From positions 1,736,001-1,800,000 of the forward strand of contig NW_026262686.1 in NCBI RefSeq assembly GCF_021869535.1: a stretch of DNA of 64,000 nucleotides. The letters are read 5' to 3'. Shown one piece after another: positions 12,384-23,059 of this stretch. Under the pieces are notes generated by a model. That model did no database searches. It was not told where the DNA came from and worked only from the letters and a program-made list of their open reading frames with translations. A program made the position numbers and the translations under genes. The stretch comes from Mytilus californianus (lineage: Eukaryota). Each line of letters begins with the position of its first letter. The stretch's first letter is position 1.

Positions 12384-12537
12384 CTCAGTTTGATTTTTCC
12401 AGTTCATTATTTCACAGAGACTGTGATAATCCTCAGATTTATTAAATGGATTAAACCCTGTAAAATTGACAAGCTGTTGTTTGTCACAATCAACGTTCCA
12501 GCAACAACCACCTGTATATCCCATGTGGTTAGCCACC
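12384..12537 (-). CDS. Alpha-amylase exon 4 (VANHMG...WKNQTE)
   Basis: TTTCAG|G acceptor and GAG|GTAAGG donor; completes the DVVANH region I motif. Confidence 0.9.
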
Positions 12538-14430
12538 CTGAAATCAAATGGGTAAGTGATCATTATCTAGTTGGTTAGCCACCCTGAAATCAGATGTGTA
12601 AGGGATCATTATCTAGTTGGTTAGCCACCCTGAAATCAGATGTGTAAGAGATCATTATCAAGTTGGTTAGCCACCCTGAAATCAGATGTGTAAGTGATCA
12701 ATATCTAGGTGGTTGAATGAATGATTGAATCTTTATTGCAAAAGCATAAACATGCTATGGCAAAATTAACAACATATATTACATAATATAAAACATGAAT
12801 AGACAGCAGAGAACAATAGTATAATACAATGACATATAAAGTTATGAGACTATATTAGATCGAATATTCCATGCAGCTTTTACATAATTACATAATTTGA
12901 TAGTAAGAGTCTTACTAGACGCTTGTAGTATATACAACAGTTTGTGATTATTAAGCCAAGAACATTAATACTTTGGTGAAAAATGTGTTCGAACAGATCT
13001 ATAAGCTAGACAAACAAGAACAAAATGGTATTCATCTTCAATAACACACATTTTACAGCATTTACATAAACGATTTTCTCTCGGAATATTATTATAACGA
13101 CCAACTTCAATATTTAATTTTAATGTTCCACTACGTAACTTTGTTAACAGACAGACATTATTGCTAAAAGAAAGATATTTTTCAATACAAGAAGTTAATT
13201 TAAATCTACAATAAAAAGACAGTTTACTACATTCTTGAACAGTTGTTGACCAATTCTGCAAGTATTGATCTTTTTAGACATCCTGAAATCAGATCTGTAA
13301 GTGATCATTATCTCGATGGTTAGCCACTCTGAAATCAAGTGTGTAAGTCATCATGTCTAGTTGGTAAGCCACCCTGATATCAAATTTGTAAGTGATCATT
13401 ATCTAGATGGTTAGCAACCCTGATATCAAATGTGTAAGTGATCATTGTATAGGTGGTTAGCCGCCCTGGTATCAAATGTGTAAGTGATCATTATATAGAT
13501 GGCTAGCCACCCTGATATCAAATGTGTAAGTGATTATTATCTACGTGGTTAGCCACCCTGATATCGAATGTGTAAGTGGTCATGCATTATCTAGGTGCTT
13601 AGCCACCCTTACATGAAATGTGTAAGTGATCATTATCTAGGTGCTTAGCCACCATTAAATCAAATGTGTAAGTGGTCATGCATTATCTAGGTGCTTAGCC
13701 ACTCTTAAATGAAATGTGTAAGTGGTCATTATCTAGGTGCTTAGCCACCATTAAATGAAATGTGTAAGTGGTCATTATCTAGGTGCTTAGCCACCATTAA
13801 ATCAAATGTGTAAGTGGTCATGTATGATCTAGGTGCTTAGCCACCCTTAAATGAAATGTGTAAGTGGTCATTATCTAGGTGCTTAGCCACCCTTAAATCA
13901 AATGTGTAAGTGGTCCTTATCTAGGTGCTTAGCCACCCTTAAATCAAATGTGTAAGTGGTCATTATCTAGGTGGTTAGCCACAATTAAATCAAATGTTTA
14001 AGTGGTCATTATCTAGGTGGTTAGCCACAATTAAATCAAATGTGTAAGTGATCATTATCTAGGTGGTTATCCACAATTAAATCAAATGTGTAAGTGATCA
14101 TTATCTAGGTGGTTAGCCACAATTAAATCAAATGTGTAAGTGATCATTATATAGGTGGTTATCCACAATTAAATCAAATGTGTAAGTGATCATTATCTAG
14201 GTGGTTATCCACAATTAAATCAAATGTATAAGTGGTCCTTATCTAGGTGGTTAGCCACAATTAAATCAAATGTGTAAGTGATCATTATGTAGGTGGTTAG
14301 CCACAATTAAATCAAATGTGTAAGTGATCATTATCTGGGTTGTTAGCCACAATTAAATCAAATGTGTAAGTGATCATTATCTCGGTGGTTAGCCTCAATT
14401 AGATCAAATGTGTAAGGGACCATTATAAAG
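12527..14430. repeat. 46-bp minisatellite containing the exon-4 splice acceptor, about 29 copies, interrupted by a LINE fragment
   Basis: Unit ggttagccaccctgaaatcagatgtgtaagtgatcattatctagtt. The first copy overlaps exon 4. Confidence 0.93.
12715..13273 (-). mobile_element. 5'-truncated non-LTR retrotransposon 3' end (C-terminal Cys/His knuckle + 3'UTR)
   Basis: ORF 12965-13261: LRSGTLKLNIEVGRY..IPRENRLCKCC..EDEYHFVLVC. AATAAA followed by a (ATTC)n tail at 12715-12745. Confidence 0.85.
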
Positions 14431-14564
14431 GTTGTTATCAGAAATTCCAGAATAAAAGGTAAAATAAAACCAACATCTGAATATATTTTCTACCTTTTTT
14501 TCTCAGATGTTTGCACTTTGTAGTTTTAAAGATAAAATGAAAATCACAGCATCAAACCATTTCC

Positions 14565-14830
14565 GTCTATATAAAAAAAGGGAAATGTGGAAAGATTGCC
14601 AATGAGACAACTATTCACCAAAGTTCAAATGAAGTGGATGTAAGCAATTATAGGCAACCGTAAGGCCTTCAACAATGAGAAAACCCTATACCGTATAGTC
14701 GGCTATAAAAAATATGAAACAATTCAATTGAGAAAACCAACAACCTAATTTATAACAAAACATTAACGAAAAACAAACATAACAGATATGGACCAACGAC
14801 ACCCATTGAACTACAGGTTCCTACGAAAAA
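14565..14830 (+). mobile_element. Abundant dispersed repeat (other copies about 6160-6282, 16470-17115 on minus strand, 17910-18040)
   Basis: Shared core gattgccaatgagacaact...ccgtacggccttcaacaatga...ccgtatagtc(g/a)gctataaa. Confidence 0.75.
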
Positions 14831-15394
14831 AAAACAACAACATATATATGTAAGACTCAGATCGACGTCCGTTCCTGAAATCGACGTCCAAATCTGATGT
14901 CATAATAAAATAAGATTCCAAATCGACGGCCAATGCATGCCCCTCTAATCTTTCTTCTTGTTATCAAATCGACGTCCATTTTTTGGCTTTTCTAATCGAC
15001 GTCCTTTTTACGGACTTGCTGCAATGACATCACAACTTTATTTATTGGTGGGTTTAACCTAAAACTCAAAAAGTTGTTGAAAAGATTTTAAATCTTACAT
15101 AATCCAAATGAAAATACTTTTCAACAATTGGCTGTACTTTTTTATTCTGTTTATTGTTTAAGACAGTGAATATTGCCCTCTAGATGTCACTCGATTATAT
15201 TTGTTGTTGGGTTGTTGTCACCTTGTCGTATATCCACATTTATATGAATATGAAAGGAATACGACAACGTAGATCGATAGGACTCCTTTCACCAAATATT
15301 CAAAATGTGCAAGTACATGTAATATGATGTCGATGGTTGTCTTATTATCATTTTCTGATGTTTGTCCTTTTGTTTTGATAAAGATATAACTTAA

Positions 15395-18300
15395 GGCGAA
15401 GTGTACGTAATTGCACGCCTCTAGCGGAATTCAGGATAAAAAACGTGCGTCGTTAGTTACGCGGGTTATCTCCCCTACTCCAAGAAAGGAAAAATGGGCA
15501 CATGAAAGAGAAATGACTTCGTGCGGTCTATCATGAATTCAAACAAGTATTCATGTGCTATCTCAAAACTTCAAAGAAATAATTAGAATGACTCCAATCA
15601 GAAATCTGAGTATCCTATTGTGAGTTAGTCTGACTCTATTACCACTGTTTTTGTTTTAGACACGCAGGAGCAGGTACACAATACGACTCGTGTTTATTTC
15701 AACAGAAGGTAAAAACGCCTAAACAACAAAATTATAACCAAATAAAAAATAAACCAGTGACAATTCTGCTTCTATTCGTATCAAATTCATTAAAATCAAA
15801 CCAGAATTGACCCCACAATATTTTTTGAAAAACCATAGTTTTGAATGAAATGCACAGTGTACTGTAGATCCTGTAGCGTAAAATTGTAAGTAACGAATAA
15901 TTATATTGCATGTGAATTTGTGTCTTGAACAAGAAAGACGTTGGCATGTCCGTTTTTATGCAATTGAAAATTTTATGATGTTTTATATTTTATTATTTAT
16001 GTAAAAAGTATAAAAGATACTAAGGGGTAATCGACCACTAGTACAACATTTATAAACCGAAGAAAAAGCCAACAGCAAAAAAAACCCATCAGATTCCGTC
16101 CACAAAACATTACACACTCAGAAACTAAGAATTGTTCACTATTACATTTATCTCAGAATATGTAAAATCTATGTCATCCAAATCTCAGTTTTCAAGGTGC
16201 AGAAAATAAACAGGTGTCTTCTATTCCGTCCGCAATTTTTGGGGAAAGTAAAATCTAAATTTAGAACCATGGTTAAAACTGAAACTACACATGTATGATA
16301 AAAATAGAACTTGTTATTTTTTCTTAATTAAATTCCGATTTCGAAGGGATAGCGAAATTTGTTCTCTTTTGTTGTGCTTTTGTGTATCATTCAGCAGTAG
16401 TATAAGGTAGGGGAAGAAGGGGTAGGGGTGAAGAATAATAGTTCTACAATGTCGGGGCTTTTTATAACCCGGCGACTTTATACGGTATGGACTTTCTCAT
16501 TGTTGAAGGCCGCATGATTGCCTATATATATAACAATTGCTTACATCCACATCCTTTAAGGTAGCTGGGGTGTCTAAATGTTGGACGATAGATTTTTCTT
16601 AAACTTCTGTAAGACTTCTGTGTCAATGTAATTTTAAATTTCAAAATAAAAACTGGGGATCACGGACCTTGTTTTTTCGTAATAACACATTGAAATTAAC
16701 GAAATTTGGGTTATTTTATATTGTTGATATAGGGGAACCTAAAGTTTTCCTTATTGCGGAAACATTAAACGATAGAATTGGCTAAAATTCGATGAGAGAA
16801 TTGCTTTTCATTAATAACTCCGAAATATCAAATAAAAATAAGGGGTCACGGGCCTTATTTTCTTGAAAAAATCCCCAAAAATTTTAAATATACTTTACGC
16901 GACACTTAATTTCTTGATAGTTCAACTTTAAACTTCAAGTTTTAGGTATTTTGTTGTATATTAAATGATACTTGGTAAAATATTTTTAAAACACAAAAAA
17001 GTTTTTGCAATTAACATGAACAGAACGGACGATCAGAAAAAGACACCCGATCTACCTTAAACGTGGCAGATAGTTGTCTCATTTGCAATCATACCACAGC
17101 TCCTTATGTTTATATTATATTAACAAAACTGCAATTCATTTGCATTATATACAGGAACAATTTGTATGGCACTATACTAGGTAAACTCGTATAGCATCGC
17201 TCTTGGTACATTCTTATAGCATTACACCAGTACATTAATTTATAGCATATCACTATGCACAAAGCTTTAGCATTACACAATACACAATGCTATAGCATTA
17301 TACACAATATACGCAATGCTAAGGCTAACACTGGGAAGGATCTGTGCTACGTGAGGTTAAAACTCCGATCTGTTTTACTTAGCTAAAATTCATATGCGGG
17401 TTCTTCTTTTGACCTTATTACAGTCATAAAAATTCTCAAGATAATATGCAGATGCAGTTTTCTTATTTTTTGGGAGTCGTGCATGTGGATATTAAACAAA
17501 TTATGGAACAAAAAATTATTTCCTTTTTTACTTAAAATCTCCAGCAAACATTAAATCATGCTTTGTCGTGTAGTTAAAGAAAAGGGAAAGCGATCGAGGC
17601 AGGAAATTTTTTAAATAAAATTGCAGAGTTGTGTCACGTGCACGCGTGTGAACCTGACAAAAAATGGGCTTTGTGCGCAATCCCTCGAATAGCGCCGGAA
17701 ATGGTGAGGATGAAAAGATGCAGCAAATTATATTCACTTTTTTAAAATACAAACATGCAGAAATAAGATTTTAAAAAAGACGTGTATACGCGATCCCAAT
17801 ATTATAACCGATTATTTAAATACGTATAGAATCATTCTGTCAACGCTGTGTTTACTGGGACAATTTTAAACTTGATATTTGATTCATAATTATTAGAACA
17901 TTACAATATAAAAAAAGAACATGTGGCATGATTGCCAATAAGACAACTCTCCACAAGAGTCCAAATGACACAGAAATTAACAACTATAGGTAACCGTACG
18001 GCCTTCAACAATGATCAACGCCCATAGTCAGCTATAAATACAAGCATTTCCAAAAAGAAGTGGAACCCTGTCTAATTAAAAAAAGATGGAGTTTAAGTCT
18101 ATATAGTAACTTTCTTTCACTTGCAGTATATTTATTTGCCAATTTGCTTTTTTTTTGGCAGCAGAAATATCCTTAAAAAATAGTCATTTTATTTCCTTAT
18201 TAATTGATTACGCTTGAGTATTTGCAATAATTAGGAAATTGGTTATACACACTCACGATTTTGTTACGACACTGTACGGTATAATAGCTTTATAGAGTAG

Positions 18301-18720
18301 AAATTGTGATGACGTTACAGTAGACATCAATAACGTCGCCGATTGTTTTTATTCTTTCCGCTAGAAATCAAACTTCCACAGGATATAGCTTGAAAACTAG
18401 CACGGTTGCTAGGGACTTTCTTTGCACCAATGGGTTCGTCGTTCATTTTTGAATCGCATATCGATTTTTAAAAAAATTCTGTGGAGCAACGAATTAGAAA
18501 ATCTTGATAAAGTAAAAATATCTGCCGATTTTTATAATTTTCCCTATATATCCTTTGTATTTTTGGCTTATCATGCTGTTAATTTCAACAGCTTGTATCT
18601 GAAAAACGAAAACGGTTACCCCCTTATTTTATTTTATTGTCTGATGTATTTTTACAAGCAGAATCCACATGTAAAATTTAAAAAAAATTCTGTGGAGTAG
18701 TTAATTACGTACACTTCGCC
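15395..18720. mobile_element. Non-autonomous TTAA-target DNA transposon (Kolobok-like), about 3.3 kb
   Basis: Perfect 18-bp TIRs ggcgaagtgtacgtaatt / aattacgtacacttcgcc, each flanked by TTAA. GG termini, no transposase ORF. Confidence 0.8.
16560..17056. mobile_element. 497-bp TTAA-target MITE (Kolobok-like)
   Basis: TTAA|ggtagctggggtgtct ... agacacccgatctacc|TTAA. It splits a dispersed-repeat copy that rejoins at the TTAA. Confidence 0.8.
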
Positions 18721-19124
18721 TTAAAAGAAAACAATTAGTTTCTGTAAGCAGCTGTACACCAAGACAAAACTATACATATAATATAAACAAAGATCAAACT
18801 AAATAAGCGATTGAATGATATTGGGCATCGATGGGAGGAGACTCCGATCGCGGACGTCGTTTTGGTAATACATAACGTCACATTGGACGTCGATTAGAGG
18901 GTAAAAATTTGGACACTGATTTGAAAACGTAACGTCACACTGACGTCGATTAGAGACCGGACGTCGATCTGAGTCTAACATATATATATATATATGCTGT
19001 ACCGTGAAAACATGCATGTATATTTCAACAGGCAGGCAGATACAGATGTTAATACTTATTCAAGATGTAATTGAATGTTGAATAAAACAGAGTATTAATA
19101 AAAAAAAAAATGTTAAATTAAAAA

Positions 19125-19500
19125 TGAAGTGGTAGTAAGCAATTAAAGGCCACCGTACGACCTTCAACAAAGTTAAAATGAAGTGGTAGTAAGCAATTAA
19201 AAGCCACCGTACGACCTTCAACAAAGTTAAAATAAAGTGGTAGTAAGCAATTAAAGGCCACCATACGGCTTTCAACAAAGTTAAAATGAAGTGGTAGTAA
19301 GCAATTAAAGGCCACCATACGGCTTTCAACAAAGTTAAAATAAAGTGATCATAGTAAGCAATATTAAAGGCCACCGTACGACCTTCAACAAAGTTAAAAT
19401 GAAGTGGTAGTAAGCAATTAAAGGCCACCGTACGGTCTTCAACATAGTTAAAATAAAGTGGTAGTATGCAATTATAGGCCACAGTACGGCATTCTACAAG
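19125..19500. repeat. 54-bp minisatellite, about 7 copies, amplified from the dispersed repeat seen at 14565-14830
   Basis: Unit gtggtagtaagcaattaaaggccaccgtacgaccttcaacaaagttaaaatgaa; compare gatgtaagcaattataggcaaccgtaaggccttcaacaatgag near 14640. Confidence 0.85.
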
Positions 19501-20050
19501 GAAAAAAAACAACTCATACTGTACCGTCGGCTATAAAAAGACTTAATCAATTTGCAAAAACAAAAAACAATGTTAGTAAACCTATTAAACAATATTTAAA
19601 GACTTAACTACAGTGTATTAATGATAACCTTTACGAATAAGTGTATGCAAAAGATCAATTAGTTAACATGGAATGTGTAAAATTTACGAGATTTATGAAC
19701 AACATCACCGTAAAAATTAAGATGGGATATCAATTTTGTAATAAGAATTCTACTTGTACACATGTACAGCCAAATTTCTAACCAAATCTTTATATCTATG
19801 AAAGAATTTGGGAAAGGTTTTAATTTGCATGTGGTACCTGCTTTTTAATTTACCAGCTATACATAACTTATGATCATTGAAATCTAAAACCAACTACAGA
19901 CACAGGCATAGCGAGCAAGTTGTGAAATATATTATCGCACCGTCAGAAGGGACCAAAGTAATATGCCTGTTATGGTCTCATTGACATTTACCACCCCTTC
20001 ATTCAATTTCAGCACATTGTTCATATATATGATCATGTATCCTTCATTAA

Positions 20051-20359
20051 AAAAGTTGGTTAATTAACTTCAGATAAAAATACATTCCTGGATGAAGATG
20101 TAGAAAATAGGATTTGAATCTCAACCAATGAGCCGAACGGAGCGAGGCGAAACAAAAATTGATGTCTATCATGCCAAAAAAATATTTTTTTTTTTGTTGC
20201 ATGGGGAAGAGTTGGGTGTGGGTCGCCAAAACTATTCGATGCCCACCCATCTGAAGTATTGAAAAATTGGACACCCCCCATTTCCATTCCCAAAAATGTT
20301 CATCCCCCACCCCCCATTATTTTCCTCCAACCCCCTTCAGGTTACAAATGACCAGTTCC
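20051..20359. mobile_element. Degenerate TTAA-flanked MITE
   Basis: TTAA at 20047-20050 and 20360-20363 with weakly inverted ends (aaaagttggttaatt versus ggaactggtcattt). Confidence 0.35.
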
Positions 20360-20476
20360 TTAATATACTGACTAAAATGGTGAAAAAAATTAACATGATG
20401 CATATGGAATGAAAGTACGACAAAATAGAACATAAACTTAGTCTAAACAATATTTATTCAGATAACATAAACTTAC

Positions 20477-20645
20477 ACATCAACCATAACCCATATATCT
20501 CTTTTATGGCATTCAGACAACAGATATTTAAAATCTTCCTCTGTTCCAAAATGTTCGTTGAAATTGTATATATCCTTAGCCCAGTAACCATGGTAACCCT
20601 TCGGTGTATTGACAACAATAGGAGATATCCATATTGCGTTGGCAC
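20477..20645 (-). CDS. Alpha-amylase exon 3 (GANAIWISPIVVNTPKGYHGYW...WVMVDV)
   Basis: GCACAG|GT acceptor and GT|GTAAGT donor; inside ORF 20473-20679; phase 1 to phase 2. Confidence 0.92.
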
Positions 20646-20714
20646 CTGTGCAAGTAATACATGTACAACATTCAATCAATTACTAGTAGTTAAAAAAAAG
20701 GTTTTTGATCCATA

Positions 20715-21110
20715 AACAGAGATAGTTCGATGCAGTATTGTGAAGCCGGAAATTAAGGATAGCAAGTCATCTGAACAGAGATAGTTCGATATGGCAATGT
20801 TAAGTCGGAAATCATGGACATCAAGTCCTCTCGACAGAGATAGTTCGATATGGCAATGTTAAGTCGGAAATCATGGACATCAAGTCCTCTCGACAGAGAG
20901 AGTTCGATTTGGTAATGTAAAGCCAGAAATCAAGTCAACAGAGAGAGGTCTATACCAAAAATCAAGGATATCAGGTCATTTCAACAGAGATAGTTCGATA
21001 TGGCAATTAAAAACCGGAAATTAAAGATATCAACTCATCTCAACCTAGAGAAATCGATAAGACAATGTAAAACCGTAAATCATAGATATCAACTCGTCTG
21101 AACAGAAAAA
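20715..21110. repeat. Degenerate ~59-bp minisatellite, about 7 copies
   Basis: Unit acagagatagttcgatatggcaatgttaagtcggaaatcatggacatcaagtcctctcg. Confidence 0.8.
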
Positions 21111-21374
21111 GCTCAATACGGTAGATATTATCATAGGAATAGATCAAAACAAATATTAAAAAAGTAAAGCTTTTGGTGTAACTTATTGAACATTAATTGC
21201 TTACCCTTCCGACGCACCCAATGTCGCCGTAGGTTTATGGTTGGAATCTTTATTTTTTGTGTGAAATTTTTAAAACAGCTGTGTGTTCATATATTTTCTG
21301 TTTACGTGAAGTTGTCTCTTTTTTTAACTTATGGTTATCTTCTCACTCTTTTACTTTTCTGTGAAATATAAGAG

Positions 21375-22510
21375 CTTGTGTTCTGGGAGTTGGTTGGTTG
21401 TTTTTCTTGGTGTAGGTTGGTTGTGTTTCTGGGTGTATGCTGGTTTTGTTTCTGGGTGTAGGTTGTATGTGTTTCTAGGTGTATGCTGGTTGTGTTTCTG
21501 GGTGTAGGTTAGTTGTATTTCTTGGTGTATGCTGGTTGTGTTTCTGGGTGTAGGTTGGTTGTGTTTCTGGGTGTAGTCTGGTTGTGTTTCTTAGTGTAGG
21601 TTGGTTGTGTTTCTGGGTGTAGGTTGGTTGTGTTTCTGGGTGTATGCTGGTTGTGTTTCTGGGTGTACGTTGGTTGTGTTTATGGTGTAGGTTGCTTGTG
21701 TTTGTGGTTGTAGGTTGGTTGTGTTTCTGGGTGTAGGTTAGTTGTGTTCTGGGTGTAGGTTGGTTGTGTTTCTGGGTGTAGGTTAGTTGTATTTCTTGGT
21801 GTATGCTGGTTGTGTTTCTGGGTGTAGGTTGGTTGTGTTTCTGGGTGTATTCTGGTTGTGTTTCTTAGTGTAGGTTGGTTGTGTTTCTGGGTGTAGGTTG
21901 GTTGTGTTTGTGGTTGTAGGTTGGTTGTGTTTCTGGGTGTAGGTTGATTGTGTTTCTGGGTGTAGGCTGATTGTGTTTCTGGGTGTAGGTTGGATGTGTT
22001 TCTGGGTGTAGGTTGGTTGTGTTTCTGGGTGTATGCTGGGTGAAGGTTGTGTTTGTGGTTGTAGGTTGGTTGTGTTTCTAGGTGGAGGCTGGTTGTTTTT
22101 CTGGGTGTAGGTTGGTCAGGAATCTAGGTGGAGGTTGGATGTGTTTAGAGTATAGGTTGGTTGTGTTTCTGTGTGTAGGTTGGTTATGTTTCTGAGTGTA
22201 TGTTTGATGTGTTCTGGTTTAGGTTGGTTGTGTTTCTGAGTGTATGTTGGTTGTATTTCTGGATGTAGTTTGGTTGTTTCTGCATGTAGGTTGGTTGTGT
22301 TTATGGGTGTAGGTTGTTTGTGTTTCTGAGTGTAGGTAGGTTTTGTTTCTTGGTGTACGTTGATTGGGTATCTTGATGTAAGCTGGATGTGTTTCTGGGT
22401 GTTCGTTGGTTGTGTTTCTGGATGTAGGTGGGTTGTGTTTCTTGATGTTGGTTGGTTGGTTTTCTTGATGTAGGTTGGGTGTGTATCTGGTTGTACGCTA
22501 GTTCTGTTTC
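21375..22510. repeat. 23-bp GT-rich minisatellite (array 1)
   Basis: Unit gggtgtaggttggttgtgtttct. Confidence 0.95.
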
Positions 22511-22830
22511 TGAATGGATTGACTCCTTGATTAAAGAGCTTTTGTTAGATTCTTTAAAGTGCAGAGAGCGCGAGCCGGATGTAACGTCTCAGTAACCAGT
22601 GGTTGTGATTGCGTATTTATGAATCCCGCACAGCCAAAAGCAGCCGCTTGCCGGGTTGTGCTTTGGGTGTGGGTTCGTGCTGTGTCCATATGTCACTACA
22701 GATCTCAAAACAATTATCAACAATTATTGACAAGATAGTCAAATATATAACATCAAAGTTAATTTGAAAACTAGATAATTGTATTTTTAGGGACTACTAG
22801 TATATAAAACCGACAAATAATTATATTTAC

Positions 22831-22949
22831 CAAGTCCGGATATGTAGTTTAATTTTTTCCACTATCCCTCGGAATGTCCCTCCACAATAACTTCGAAGAT
22901 CGGTACACGAATGTGGTTCATCTTCCGCTGCAAACCTATCAGTTAATAT
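22831..22949 (-). CDS. Alpha-amylase exon 2 (ILTDRF...YCGGTFRGIVEK/LNYISGL), contains +1 frameshift
   Basis: Acceptor TTATCAG|ATA and donor CTTG|GTAAAT. The exon is 119 nt but 118 is needed. Removing one A from the A6 run (22853-22858) restores VEKLNYISGLG and the phase-1 join to exon 3. Confidence 0.85.
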
Positions 22950-23059
22950 CTGATAAGACATATGATAAGTTATTAGTGAAAATTAAAACAAAAATTATAA
23001 AGACGTAAAACCATAGACAGACACTAACGAACAACACATGGACAAGATAGCACAACTTG

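Larger units (their letters stand above)
14851..18979. mobile_element. Outer inverted-repeat pair flanked by (TA)n; possible TIR element of about 4.1 kb
   Basis: tatatatg-taagactcagatcgacgtccg..aatcgacgtc at about 14851 is the reverse complement of gacgtcgatt..ccggacgtcgatctgagtctaa-catatatata at about 18979. It could also be two independent copies. Confidence 0.5.

Noticed and set aside
22510-22700. GC-richer island between the 23-bp array and exon 2, considered as an extra exon or ncRNA
   Set aside because: No amylase-like translation is needed or found there, and I recognise no RNA family or clear splice pair.
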